This document shows, piece after piece, positions 43,570-52,337 of a stretch of DNA of 64,000 nt. The stretch's first letter is position 1. Every line of letters begins with the position of its first letter. The DNA is from a virus (lineage: Duplodnaviria; Heunggongvirae; Uroviricota; Caudoviricetes): the IMG/VR virus record IMGVR_UViG_3300046522_000173, positions 20,274 through 84,273 of that record; one strand, given 5' to 3'. A model generated the notes under the pieces. That model was not told the DNA's origin. It made no database searches and saw only the letters and a list, made by a program, of their open reading frames with translations. Made by a program: the position numbers and the translations under genes.

Positions 43570-43913
43570 TAACGGCAGTCCGGTCTGGTCGTCTAATCCG
43601 CTCCTGCCCGCTCACAAGGTAGTTCATAAATGAACCTTCCACATCTGAACTCTTCATAAATGTACAATTCAGCCCTGAACAATTCACTAGAAAACCATTC
43701 GCAAGCAAAGCTTTCACATGCCAGCCAACAGGCTGCTATGCTTTGTCGTGGGATGCAGAAAAGCTCCTTAAGAAGAGGCCCGTAGAATCCTGGAAGCGCT
43801 GGTCAAAACGAAAATTAAGATTCAAATGTGCCTTACAACTTGTGGGATGTGTCTACAAATTACAACTCAGAGATTGTATCAGCAGACGTAAAAAGAGCCG
43901 CTATAAGCGGCTC
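43570..43913 (+). ncRNA. candidate non-coding/antisense RNA between the plus-strand promoter and the bidirectional hairpin terminator
   Basis: Inference only: promoter at 43535-43564 and hairpin at 43895-43913 delimit an ORF-poor approximately 340-nt segment containing TTCAtaaaTGAA-type motifs and a GAACAATTCAC motif. Confidence 0.2.
43889..43913 (-). terminator. rho-independent terminator (GAGCCGC-ttata-GCGGCTC followed by TTTTTA), possibly bidirectional
   Basis: 7-bp stem, T5 tract on the minus strand, directly after the 39-aa peptide gene. Confidence 0.6.
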
Positions 43914-43916
43914 GTG

Positions 43917-44036
43917 TTATTTCTTAATCCAATATACGATTGACCCTTGCACTACGCTTACCAGTACGACCATCAACCAAAACACAGGGTCGCTTATCGC
44001 GGACATGTACAGTTGAAGGAGGTTGTCTGCATTCAT
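43917..44036 (-). CDS. small membrane peptide (39 aa MNADNLLQLYMSAISDPVFWLMVVLVSVVQGSIVYWIKK)
   Basis: ATGA-coupled; RBS GGAGGAATGGGA; TM helix; followed by a terminator. Confidence 0.4.
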   Translation of the reverse strand: MNADNLLQLYMSAISDPVFWLMVVLVSVVQGSIVYWIKK

Positions 44037-44299
44037 CCCATTCCTCCATATTCAATTCTTCCAACTTTCTGGTACAACTGCCCTATTGCTGAGGAAATCG
44101 CTTGTACGTCTCCGCTCACAAGGACTGATGCAGGGTGGTTGACAACAGACTCCTCGAACATCACCAGCGTGATGTGCAGGCGGTCAATCAACTCGTGCAT
44201 ATGAAATTCATCAATGGACTGCTCGACACCATTACAATCTGTGTATTTCCCGTAAGTTTTCACTCCACCCTCCCCATCTCTTCCAAATACTTCCGCCAT
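44033..44299 (-). CDS. hypothetical protein
   Basis: ORF track entry. Confidence 0.5.
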   Translation of the reverse strand: MAEVFGRDGEGGVKTYGKYTDCNGVEQSIDEFHMHELIDRLHITLVMFEESVVNHPASVLVSGDVQAISSAIGQLYQKVGRIEYGGMG

Positions 44300-44487
44300 T
44301 TCCTCTTGCGTTCCTCAGCCTGCTCATCAGCCCACAGCGCCCCGAGAAAGAACGCTATAACGAATGTGACGAGGATGGCTGCAACGATGTCCAATAAGCT
44401 ATATCCCATTTGGGGCTCCACAAATTGCACATTCAGTTGGAAGAGGCTGGCAAGTACACAGCATATCCTCTCGCTTAATTGCTGCAT
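44260..44487 (-). CDS. small membrane protein (possible start MGYSLLDIV at about 44409)
   Basis: TM helix plus a basic C-terminus. Confidence 0.4.
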   Translation of the reverse strand: MQQLSERICCVLASLFQLNVQFVEPQMGYSLLDIVAAILVTFVIAFFLGALWADEQAEERKRKWRKYLEEMGRVE

Positions 44488-44565
44488 TGTGCGCCCACAG
44501 AAAGCCGATGAGAAACAGGCTCATGTGGGAGAGGAAGAGGGCCAGAGGGAGGAACCAGTGGTGCA

Positions 44566-44778
44566 TTATTTCTTCTCCGTGTAACGCGCCGCTGCGCAAT
44601 AATCCACCACCATGCCTCGTGGTAATATCCAGCACCCTTCAAATGTGTACAGCACACCTTCATGCTCAAGAGTGCCGGCAAAGTCCTTCCCACAAGCTTC
44701 ATTAACAGCCCACACGTAAAGCTCCCCTTGAGCTACGCTTTTAACATGCATTTCATCGGGAGACATTACATCTGACAT
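44566..44778 (-). CDS. hypothetical protein (70 aa; start placed downstream of the promoter at 44806-44834)
   Basis: Internal ATG of ORF 44566..44868. Confidence 0.4.
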   Translation of the reverse strand: MSDVMSPDEMHVKSVAQGELYVWAVNEACGKDFAGTLEHEGVLYTFEGCWILPRGMVVDYCAAARYTEKK

Positions 44779-44805
44779 GGGTGCTTTCTGTTGATTAATG
44801 TGTTC

Positions 44806-44834
44806 AATATATACAGAAAAGCAAGCCATGTCAA
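44806..44834 (-). promoter_or_regulatory. sigma70-type promoter TTGACA-N17-TATATT
   Basis: Minus-strand hexamers. Confidence 0.5.
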
Positions 44835-44871
44835 TAACGTTCATAAGAATTTTATGTTGGTCTTTCACAGA

Positions 44872-45108
44872 TCATTTGAATGCCTCCTTCGAAAAGCACC
44901 GATTTGGGCCAGTGCGCAGATGGACATACACCCCGCCGCGATCCTCACACAGTTGCTGGTCGCTCTTAGTTGGCGGAGGCATCGTTAGTTGCGGCGCAAT
45001 GCTGAACACAAAGCCGACCGTGCAAGTGAACAGGATCAAGCCTACCGAAATGGCCAACAGGGCGGCGAACGCGTCATTGGCGCGGCTCATGCTTCGCCTC
45101 GCTCGCAC
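44872..45108 (-). CDS. membrane protein (78 aa)
   Basis: TM segment (AFAALLAISVGLILFTCTVGFVF). Confidence 0.45.
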   Translation of the reverse strand: MRARRSMSRANDAFAALLAISVGLILFTCTVGFVFSIAPQLTMPPPTKSDQQLCEDRGGVYVHLRTGPNRCFSKEAFK

Positions 45109-45145
45109 GGAATATTCATAAGTGCGCTGTACAACTTGTCTTTAT

Positions 45146-45370
45146 TCATTTGTCACTTTCCTTGTAAGCTTCTTCAACAGGCATTTCCAAAATGTAGTAC
45201 AGCAAACTATCACTATACCCTTCCTCTCGCGCCATCACTGTGTGGAACGCTGCCCATCTCTCTGCAAGTTCTTTTGTGGCGCAGATGTGTATGAGGGTGC
45301 TGGAGAGGTCGTCAGGGTCGGGGGAGCCTGATGGGTATTTGTAACGCTCCATCACGCAAAATACGTTCAT
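45146..45370 (-). CDS. hypothetical protein
   Basis: ORF track entry. Confidence 0.45.
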   Translation of the reverse strand: MNVFCVMERYKYPSGSPDPDDLSSTLIHICATKELAERWAAFHTVMAREEGYSDSLLYYILEMPVEEAYKESDK

Positions 45371-45492
45371 GATTGCTCCTTGGTGGGCTGTCAGTGAGAC
45401 TATTATAGGATAAGATTCTTACGAATGCAAGGAATTTCGTAAAGAATAAATAGGGACAGGGTAAATATGTACCGGTAACAATGCCATAAGAG

Positions 45493-45521
45493 TTGACAAA
45501 TAGCAAGCTTAATGGTACTAT
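45493..45521 (+). promoter_or_regulatory. sigma70-type promoter TTGACA-N17-TACTAT for the inserted plus-strand HNH cassette
   Basis: Hexamers; the cassette lies inside the minus-strand operon. Confidence 0.5.
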
Positions 45522-45603
45522 ACCGTTGTTGGGTAGTGCAACGCTACCTGAGTAAGTCTGTTTCAAATTCCCTCTACAAACCAATCCAACACAGGAGTCT
45601 CCT

Positions 45604-45828
45604 ATGTCGCGTTCGTTCGACTATCGTAAAGCCACGCTTGAAGAAGCTGCACACCATCTTAATACTGTCCAGCTTCAAGCGTACTCTAAACTCGTCTCAT
45701 ATTACCAGAAAAAGGAGGACACTGCAATGCTAGCAAAGCTGGAGCAAGCGAAGCGGTTGTCGAAGATTCTCAAACTCACGCAGGAGTATGACGCACAGTA
45801 CGGGAAGGCCCTGGAGGGTGGGGTCTGA
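45604..45828 (+). CDS. hypothetical protein (74 aa) co-transcribed with the HNH endonuclease
   Basis: RBS ACAGGAG; ATGA-coupled to the HNH gene. Confidence 0.5.
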   Translation: MSRSFDYRKATLEEAAHHLNTVQLQAYSKLVSYYQKKEDTAMLAKLEQAKRLSKILKLTQEYDAQYGKALEGGV

Positions 45829-46940
45829 TGGATTACGCAAGGATTTACAATGAGTTGATTGAACACAGGAAGATGATGCCGAAGGTGGAGGACGAGGTTT
45901 ACGAGGAACATCATATTATTCCAAAGTCCCGAGGCGGCACTAACGACCCAGAGAACCTAATCAACTTGACCCTAGCCGACCACTTCGTTGCACATCTCCT
46001 GCTTGCACATATTTACGGAGGTAGTTTGTGGTACGCGGCCCAACTTATGGGTGCTACCAGGGAGATAGAAGGGGTTCGTAATAGGCGAACGTATGCGATC
46101 GCGCGCAGGAAGTTGCGGGAGACAATGGGTAAGCATGTTATGGACCATACGGTTTATGAGTTTAAAGACATCAAAACTGGAGAGATAATCAAGGCCACTC
46201 AACTTCAATTGCAACAAGAGCAAGGTCTTCGCCCTTCCAGCACCAGTGCACTCGTGACAGGAGCAAGCAAACATGCACAAGGGTTTTGCTTGGCTTCGAC
46301 GGATGTTGAGGTGAAATTGCTTGACCCTGTTAAGTACGCGTTCCGCCATATCGAAACAGGGACAGTGTATCACATGACAAGGAAGGAGTTCACCGACACC
46401 TTCAACTTGGATCGATCTGTAGCACACAAGATTGTAGAAGGCCGGCAGAAACACAGTTCTGGATTTTGTCTAGATTGCGTTACCGACTTCGGAGGTGTCA
46501 AAGGGACCGGAGAAAAGCTGGAATTTAAGGATGTCAAGACGGGCGAAGTTCTCGTCAAATCCTGCAGGGAAATGGTGGAACTATACGGCGGTTGTCAAAC
46601 GGAATGGAGGGCCGCTGCAAAAGGTTTTGGGGTTGTCCGCCATGGGTTTTGCTCCGCGTCCACACCTCTAGATCATCCAGCGATCATCAACCCTCGAAAC
46701 AGCCAATACATCTTGAGAAACACGGTTAGTGGTGAATTAGTAAGCGGGACAATGCAAGAGTTAGCAATCATCTGTGGTGCTCACAAAAGCAACGTAGCAA
46801 AGGTCTTGGTGGGGAGGAATAAAACCTGTAAAGGTTACGAATTTGTAGGGATTGCCCCGCCCGGAGGCGGGGCTGCCTTCATCACAGAACGCCATGCCCC
46901 TTTAAAATCTTCGCGAGGGCCATTGCAAGATCAAGTGTAG
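45828..46940 (+). CDS. HNH homing endonuclease with three C-terminal DNA-binding repeats
   Basis: HNH core (EEHHIIPKSRGGTNDPENLINLTLADHFVAHLL) followed by three approximately 55-aa repeats (YEFKDIKTGE..). Confidence 0.75.
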   Translation: MDYARIYNELIEHRKMMPKVEDEVYEEHHIIPKSRGGTNDPENLINLTLADHFVAHLLLAHIYGGSLWYAAQLMGATREIEGVRNRRTYAIARRKLRETMGKHVMDHTVYEFKDIKTGEIIKATQLQLQQEQGLRPSSTSALVTGASKHAQGFCLASTDVEVKLLDPVKYAFRHIETGTVYHMTRKEFTDTFNLDRSVAHKIVEGRQKHSSGFCLDCVTDFGGVKGTGEKLEFKDVKTGEVLVKSCREMVELYGGCQTEWRAAAKGFGVVRHGFCSASTPLDHPAIINPRNSQYILRNTVSGELVSGTMQELAIICGAHKSNVAKVLVGRNKTCKGYEFVGIAPPGGGAAFITERHAPLKSSRGPLQDQV

Positions 46941-47628
46941 CTTGGTCTACCTGCTCTTTGGAGGCGTTAGTCTTAGCTGGCTCAAGCAGCGTTGGAGACT
47001 CTGAGGCAACCTGTCCAAGCTCGGAAAGGTAGCGCTTCATAGCTGCCTCCGAACGCTTGTTCGAGCGCTTTTCATACTTCCTGCGAGCACGCTCCACAGT
47101 TGCGCCTTCTGGACTAGCAGCAGAGGCAGTATTCTCCGTCTTCTTTTCCTCTTGTTTAAACTCCTTAGCCAACGCCTCCAACGGCTTGACAGCATCTTCC
47201 ACAGACTTCTCACGAGACTTCTTTTTGTTGTGTTCGTTCTGCATAGCCTGCGCAGCAGCGGCGAGTTCGTCCTTCGAGCGATAGTCTTGGTTGCTCTCTT
47301 GGCCTTTCTCAGATTTGTTGCTGTCAACAAGAACCAGATTTGCATCGTTTGTTTTACGTGCCTTCTTGCCAGGGCTGGTCTTCGGACGACGAACCTTCAC
47401 AATCAAGTCATGCTCGGCGATGCCAGCTTGTTTAGCGTATGCCTGAGCGATCTTGCGCGATTGTTCGACATCAAGAGGAGCCGAAGCGTTGTAGTAGTCC
47501 AGGCCGAGGCGGACACGCTTGCCTTCAGTGTAGCCATCCAAAGCACCTTGTGCAAAAGTTTCTGGGAAGAAGACCACAGGTTTCTGCGTGATAGGCGAGA
47601 TGCGGATAATTACGGGGGTCAGTGCCAT
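46882..47628 (-). CDS. hypothetical protein (248 aa; 90-aa folded N-domain plus long charged low-complexity tail)
   Basis: Own consensus promoter and a CA-rich leader. Confidence 0.5.
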   Translation of the reverse strand: MALTPVIIRISPITQKPVVFFPETFAQGALDGYTEGKRVRLGLDYYNASAPLDVEQSRKIAQAYAKQAGIAEHDLIVKVRRPKTSPGKKARKTNDANLVLVDSNKSEKGQESNQDYRSKDELAAAAQAMQNEHNKKKSREKSVEDAVKPLEALAKEFKQEEKKTENTASAASPEGATVERARRKYEKRSNKRSEAAMKRYLSELGQVASESPTLLEPAKTNASKEQVDQATLDLAMALAKILKGHGVL

Positions 47629-47731
47629 GATGTTGCTCCTATATAGTGTTCAAATTTGCGGGTGGCTGTTACCAGCTGTTTGTCTACTGTTTGCTTCGCT
47701 ACGTTGTTCTGTTTGCGCTGCTGATGTCTGA

Positions 47732-47760
47732 ACTATAGCGCTGTTACTTCAGCTTGTCAA
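47732..47760 (-). promoter_or_regulatory. consensus sigma70 promoter TTGACA-N17-TATAGT
   Basis: Minus-strand hexamers, 100 nt upstream of 47628. Confidence 0.55.
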
Positions 47761-48468
47761 CGGCACCACCTCAAATTTCTTTACTAATTTTCTTGGCCGT
47801 GCTAGTGAAGTGACTATTGGAAACAATTCACGCCAACTTTGTCAAGTCTGTTCACAATCACGTAACACTCACTACTTAGGTGTGAGATTTCGAGCCTTTC
47901 TCACCAAAATACACAGAATGTTGTGTACAGACGGAAATCTTAGGCGTAGTGTTGTGAACATTCGGAACAAAGTAACAGGCACAACATTCATACTCACTTT
48001 AACCGCATAGCATCAGCCCGTTAGTGCGCTGGCTCACACTGAGGAGAGAAATCGCCTTGAACTTATCCAGGAAGGTGCGACACTCAGATTAGGCGTAATA
48101 TGTAGAAGCCCTCCAAGCTGAGGGAAAGGGTGCCTTATTGCCCGCACATAGGCAAGCCAGCTTGAAAGCCACGTTCTAGCGTGGGTTGGGGCAGTTATCG
48201 CCCGGAGATTTGAGGAGAGAGCCTGTGGAGAACAGGAATGGGCAGCGCTTTGCCTGGAGCTTTGTAGGGGACGCCAGGAGGGCGGGTGGGCCTGGAGGAA
48301 TGGGGTGGCTGGAACAGACACATCCCTCTGCGTGGACACTGTGGAGTGTGCTTGGCAGAGGGTTTGGTGAGGCTGTACGGGGAGTTGAAAAGCTCCCTTA
48401 GAAGAGGCTCTGAAAATTCGGTGGGCCTCTAGAAGAATCGTCATTTTGGACTGAGAGTGACGAACGGT
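47761..48468. other. about 700-bp ORF-free, purine-rich (plus strand) region with G-tract clusters
   Basis: Only low-complexity pseudo-ORFs; G-tract cluster GGGGACGCCAGGAGGGCGGGTGGG at about 48258-48281; GGAACAATTCAC motif; several hairpins. Confidence 0.35.
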
Positions 48469-48918
48469 TTAGTCGTCAGTTTTGATGTTACTGAAATCTA
48501 GGTAGGGTTCGGCTTTCAAATCACTCCACTCTTCATACATCTCCACAGCACGCTTGGCCGAAGCAAGAATGTCGCGCAGGTCTTCGCCAAGGTCTTTGTG
48601 CCCACGTTGACCTCCCGCTAACGCCTTCTTTGTAAGATGACTCAGACAAGGATCTGTTACATTGAACGCACGGAGCACATCGTACACGTCCACGAAGACA
48701 CCCTGTTTAATCTCGCGGGAGTATTTGTTGCGAGTAGGTTGCTCAGCCACAACATCCTCAACAACCACACAATCACCTACCTCGATCATGCTTGGGATAC
48801 CTTCATAGATTAGGTTGTAGTCTGTTGTGTATTTACTCTCTACGACATCGAAAATCTCTCCAATCTTGTTGCTGTACCAGTACGTTGGCAGTGTACTCTT
48901 CACAATCTTCACACGCAT
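48469..48918 (-). CDS. DUF3310-like phage protein (149 aa), first gene of the minus-strand early operon
   Basis: Resembles the DUF3310 family (VLRAFNVTDPCLSHLTKKALAGGQRGHKDLGEDLRD). Confidence 0.4.
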   Translation of the reverse strand: MRVKIVKSTLPTYWYSNKIGEIFDVVESKYTTDYNLIYEGIPSMIEVGDCVVVEDVVAEQPTRNKYSREIKQGVFVDVYDVLRAFNVTDPCLSHLTKKALAGGQRGHKDLGEDLRDILASAKRAVEMYEEWSDLKAEPYLDFSNIKTDD

Positions 48919-48949
48919 ACATCCTCCTTAAGAATCATATTGAGACACC

Positions 48950-48979
48950 ATACTAATCCACGCCCAGCCTCCCGTCAAG
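48950..48979 (-). promoter_or_regulatory. sigma70-type promoter TTGACG-N18-TAGTAT (divergent pair with 49014-49042)
   Basis: Minus-strand hexamers; RBS AAGGAGG before ATG 48918. Confidence 0.45.
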
Positions 48980-49013
48980 CATCTTGTGCGAAGAATGCTT
49001 AAGAATTTTGTGC

Positions 49014-49042
49014 TTGACAGGGGCTGTGGAAGGGGATACTAT
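49014..49042 (+). promoter_or_regulatory. sigma70-type promoter cttaagaattttgtgc-TTGACA-N17-TACTAT
   Basis: Start of the plus-strand replication module; RBS AAGGAGG before ATG 49076. Confidence 0.55.
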
Positions 49043-49075
49043 GTGCAGCGTTGAATAACAATTTAAGGAGGAACC

Positions 49076-49372
49076 ATGAAAGAGTACCCTGTGGGGAGCG
49101 TCTGCGTAATTGTGCAAAGCAAGTATCATCCAGAGAATGTAGGCAAGGAGTGCACTATCCTTACTGGACTACACTCTGTAGAGTTTGGCAGGATCGGAGT
49201 AGCAGAAGTCTACAAGATTGACCTGCAAGGTTGTTACAGTGATGAGTGGGCGTTCCATGACAGCCTTCAACTTAAGCGTTTCCCGCCAGACACCGAATCT
49301 TGGCTCCGCGAGAAAATGGACGACATCCTGTCGCTTGTGCCTAACAACATTAACGTGAAGGAAACTGTATGA
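49076..49372 (+). CDS. hypothetical protein
   Basis: ORF track entry; strong RBS. Confidence 0.5.
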   Translation: MKEYPVGSVCVIVQSKYHPENVGKECTILTGLHSVEFGRIGVAEVYKIDLQGCYSDEWAFHDSLQLKRFPPDTESWLREKMDDILSLVPNNINVKETV

Positions 49373-49776
49373 AATTCGAGACTGCATTTAACATCGGTGA
49401 CAAAGGTTGGGTGATGTACAACGACTGGAAACATCCCCAACAAGTGACGGTTGGGCAGATTCGCATTGAGCATACAGACAGCAAGGGAGACTCTTCCTAC
49501 AGCTTTGGTGACAATTACAAGCCACAAAAGAAGCATCTTGAGCAGTACATGTGTGAAGAGACCGGCATTGGGTCGGGCACTGTCTACACTCTTGGTAAGA
49601 CAATCTTCGCTACGAAAGAAGAGTGCTTAGAAGCGTTTGAGGAGCGTATTCGTGAGTTAGAAGAATACGAGCGTGCCGAGAAAGAACGTAAGAAGCAGGA
49701 AAAGCTACGTCAAGAGGCTTCTTTGCGGGCACAATTGGACGAGATTGAACGGATTAAGGCAGAGGACTCTGTATGA
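49369..49776 (+). CDS. hypothetical protein (coiled-coil C-terminus)
   Basis: ORF track entry. Confidence 0.5.
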   Translation: MKFETAFNIGDKGWVMYNDWKHPQQVTVGQIRIEHTDSKGDSSYSFGDNYKPQKKHLEQYMCEETGIGSGTVYTLGKTIFATKEECLEAFEERIRELEEYERAEKERKKQEKLRQEASLRAQLDEIERIKAEDSV

Positions 49777-50000
49777 ACAAATTCAACCACAAGAAATTTG
49801 CTTTCGAGCATGCTTGGAACAACATCTGCGAGGCATCTTGCGAGGAGCACAAAGGTAAGTGTAAGGTTGTACACGTCACACGTCCTGGACAGGTTCCGCT
49901 AGACTGCTGGCACTTCTCATACTGTGATGAAGCTATTGCAGAGGATCGCCGTAGGGGCTTTAACGTAGAAGTGCTGAATATTGTGGAGGAATCTGTATGA
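49773..50000 (+). CDS. hypothetical Cys-rich protein
   Basis: ORF track entry. Confidence 0.45.
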   Translation: MNKFNHKKFAFEHAWNNICEASCEEHKGKCKVVHVTRPGQVPLDCWHFSYCDEAIAEDRRRGFNVEVLNIVEESV

Positions 50001-50131
50001 CATACGACAACAGCCACAACGACATGAGGGACCACCTGCATTATGGTGAAACCTATCAATACATCCCTACGGAGGTTGATAGGGAGCTTGGCAGGATTGA
50101 GTGGATGGAACAACAAGGGGAAGAGGGATGA
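49997..50131 (+). CDS. hypothetical small protein (44 aa)
   Basis: ATGA-coupled ORF under 60 aa. Confidence 0.3.
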   Translation: MTYDNSHNDMRDHLHYGETYQYIPTEVDRELGRIEWMEQQGEEG

Positions 50132-50406
50132 AATACAAGTTCAACATTAACAACTCTGTTGAAGTGAGGCTGACAGAGAAAGGAGCCAACATCTACAATA
50201 ACTGGTACGGGCGATACGCACAGTATGGGATTGTGCAAGAGCCTGTACAGGAGGGTCATTTGCTGAGGGCACAGTTGTGGCATCTGTTCCAAGTGTTTGG
50301 TGAGCACATTCATCTTGGGGGCGAGGTGCCGTTTGAGATGTGCAATATGTACATAGATGAGAAAGATTTGGAGGAAGAAGGTCGGACCGTCAAGGGACGA
50401 GCTTGA
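50128..50406 (+). CDS. hypothetical protein (ATG inside ORF 50101..50406)
   Basis: ORF track entry. Confidence 0.45.
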   Translation: MKYKFNINNSVEVRLTEKGANIYNNWYGRYAQYGIVQEPVQEGHLLRAQLWHLFQVFGEHIHLGGEVPFEMCNMYIDEKDLEEEGRTVKGRA

Positions 50407-50816
50407 CCGGAGGGGCAGAAGCCCTTCTACTTGCCTTGCTCATTGCTGCTGGGCCTGTGGAGGGTGCTTCTAATGACACTTGCACGAAAGCCATCACGTA
50501 CCTGGAAGCTCGCGGAGAGGGTGTACGGGGTATTGCGGGAGTCAGACAAGTGATTCGCAATCGCGCCAGGAAGAGTGGTGAAACTACTTGCAAGGTTGTT
50601 AAGCGCAGAGGCCAGTTCAGCAGTTACAGGCACGGCATGAATCTTACGAAGGTAAAAACTGACAAGATGTTCTTGACGGCGTGGAAGAAGTCTGTCAAGA
50701 TACAACCACTGACTGGCGAATACACTCACTTCTACCGCAAGGGTAGTACGCCGAAGTGGGCTAGGGAGCTTGAGTGTGACAGGGTTATTAAGAATCATGT
50801 GTTTTGTAAGGCTTAA
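50403..50816 (+). CDS. SleB-like cell wall hydrolase (endolysin candidate) with N-terminal hydrophobic signal/anchor
   Basis: Hydrolase_2/SleB motifs (TKAITYLEARGEGVRGIAGVRQVIRNRA, RGQFSSY); N-terminal LLLALLIAAGPVEGA. Confidence 0.6.
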   Translation: MTGGAEALLLALLIAAGPVEGASNDTCTKAITYLEARGEGVRGIAGVRQVIRNRARKSGETTCKVVKRRGQFSSYRHGMNLTKVKTDKMFLTAWKKSVKIQPLTGEYTHFYRKGSTPKWARELECDRVIKNHVFCKA

Positions 50817-50827
50817 AGGAGAATAGA

Positions 50828-51109
50828 ATGTACGGCGAAGAACAAGAAATCTTGGGCTACCGACTTGTGATGACGTGCAGCGGCTGTCCAGAGCAGTACA
50901 TCGTACTCGATAGCGCAGATATCCCGATGGGATATCTGCGCTTGCGTCACGGGTTCTTCTATGCAAACTACACTCTCAACGACGCTGTGACAGTGTACGA
51001 AGCAAGTCCAAAAGGCGATGGAGGGTTCTACGACGATGAGCGCGAGTATTATCTGACGGAAGCTGTTAAGGCTCTGGATGCACGGCATAAGAGTGTTGTG
51101 ACGATTTAA
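50828..51109 (+). CDS. hypothetical protein
   Basis: RBS AAGGAGAA. Confidence 0.45.
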   Translation: MYGEEQEILGYRLVMTCSGCPEQYIVLDSADIPMGYLRLRHGFFYANYTLNDAVTVYEASPKGDGGFYDDEREYYLTEAVKALDARHKSVVTI

Positions 51110-51129
51110 ATTTTAACAAGGAGAGGGTA

Positions 51130-51345
51130 ATGACTAAGATTTTTGGTATATTAGATACAACAACTAACGAGTTCGTGTCCTACAATTCTAAATGTGCATG
51201 GACAAAAGTAGGCAACGCAAAGAATGCTTGGGCCAATGCACACAACGGGTATGGCCGAGAGTTCACACGATTTGACGAGCAGGAACGTTGCAAGATTGTT
51301 GACTTGACAGAAGCCTATTATCGATTGGAGGGGCTGCTGAAATGA
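51130..51345 (+). CDS. hypothetical protein
   Basis: RBS AAGGAGAGGG. Confidence 0.45.
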   Translation: MTKIFGILDTTTNEFVSYNSKCAWTKVGNAKNAWANAHNGYGREFTRFDEQERCKIVDLTEAYYRLEGLLK

Positions 51346-51623
51346 CTATCACTGTTGAGCAATTCAAAGAGAAACACATGGAAGACGGCGAAGTGTTTGA
51401 CGCGAAGGAAGTTTATCGCGGGCCACGAGAGATTGAGCACAAGAGTGTTCTTCAAACTTCTGTGTACCAAGTCACATCTGGCGCTGTTGAACAGTATTTT
51501 GAAGTGACCACTTGCCAAGATAATTCAGGCTATTGGTCCGATGGTGAAAGCTACGAACCTGAAGTAAACGAAGTCAAGCCACGTAAGATCGTTGTAGAGC
51601 AAACTGTTTGGGATGCTGTATGA
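51342..51623 (+). CDS. hypothetical protein
   Basis: ORF track entry. Confidence 0.45.
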   Translation: MTITVEQFKEKHMEDGEVFDAKEVYRGPREIEHKSVLQTSVYQVTSGAVEQYFEVTTCQDNSGYWSDGESYEPEVNEVKPRKIVVEQTVWDAV

Positions 51624-51781
51624 AGCCGCGTTATCTCTTCGGCCTAACCATGCTCATTCCAATGCTGCCTGTTGTCCTGCTTGGATTTGTGGCGTATTGG
51701 CTCCAACTCTATGCAAGCACAGGCTACGAATTGGGTGAGGCCACGTATGAGTGGATTTGTGAGAAATTGGGAGGGGTGTGA
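51620..51781 (+). CDS. small membrane protein (53 aa), holin-like candidate
   Basis: TM helix (MKPRYLFGLTMLIPMLPVVLLGFVAYWLQLY); ATGA coupling. Confidence 0.3.
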   Translation: MKPRYLFGLTMLIPMLPVVLLGFVAYWLQLYASTGYELGEATYEWICEKLGGV

Positions 51782-52095
51782 TGAAGAAAATTGTACGAGT
51801 GGTAATCGAGAAAGAGTATGAGATTGAGCTCAAAGACTTTCTGCTCACACAAGAATCCGTAAGCGCGTTTGAAGAGGGCTTTTGGGAGCTTGATGGTGAC
51901 AGCCTAGACGAGAAGATTGGTGACTTGTTCAAAGTGGCAGCACATCAACTCGCTATTGGCGAGGAACGCTTTATCGAAGGTCTGGGGCCGTGTGCGAGTG
52001 TCCGTACTGTAGAGTACAAGGAGAAAAGCGGCGAGCGGGTTAATGTCGTTTGGAATGACACGTACGAGGATATTGAGACGGAGGTTGTCAAATGA
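51778..52095 (+). CDS. hypothetical protein
   Basis: ORF track entry. Confidence 0.45.
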   Translation: MMKKIVRVVIEKEYEIELKDFLLTQESVSAFEEGFWELDGDSLDEKIGDLFKVAAHQLAIGEERFIEGLGPCASVRTVEYKEKSGERVNVVWNDTYEDIETEVVK

Positions 52096-52337
52096 CTAGC
52101 GACGAACGTAATTTCATCATCGAGTTGGAAGCGCTCTCCCGCAAGTACAAATTGCAGATTGCTGGTTGTGGCTGCTGTGGTAGCCCCAGGGTGGAGAAGA
52201 TCGCTGAGGTTGATCTTGAACCAGAGGCAGGATACGTCCTCGTAAATCATCTTGAATGGGCTAGCTCAGACCACGTTTACTGGGACTGCGAAGACAGTAT
52301 GTACAAGAATATTGTGATTGGTAAGGAAAAAGGATGA
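52092..52337 (+). CDS. hypothetical protein (CGCCGS motif)
   Basis: ORF track entry. Confidence 0.45.
   Translation: MTSDERNFIIELEALSRKYKLQIAGCGCCGSPRVEKIAEVDLEPEAGYVLVNHLEWASSDHVYWDCEDSMYKNIVIGKEKG

Noticed and set aside
43743-43943. Very basic 66-aa ORF downstream of the orphan plus-strand promoter
   Set aside because: No RBS, Lys/Arg-rich low complexity, and it reads through the terminator hairpin. It is kept only as a remote alternative to the ncRNA hypothesis.
47640-47900. tRNA-like features (GTTCAAAT, TTTCGAGCC..CTCACCA)
   Set aside because: No complete cloverleaf (acceptor, D, anticodon and T arms) could be assembled by eye. No tRNA is called; this would need tRNAscan-SE.
48034-48444. 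Overlapping ORFs 48034..48444 (-) and 48186..48401 (+) in the purine-rich gap
   Set aside because: Pro/Ser/Ala-rich and Gly/Arg-rich translations typical of non-coding G/C-skewed DNA; no RBS; mutually overlapping.
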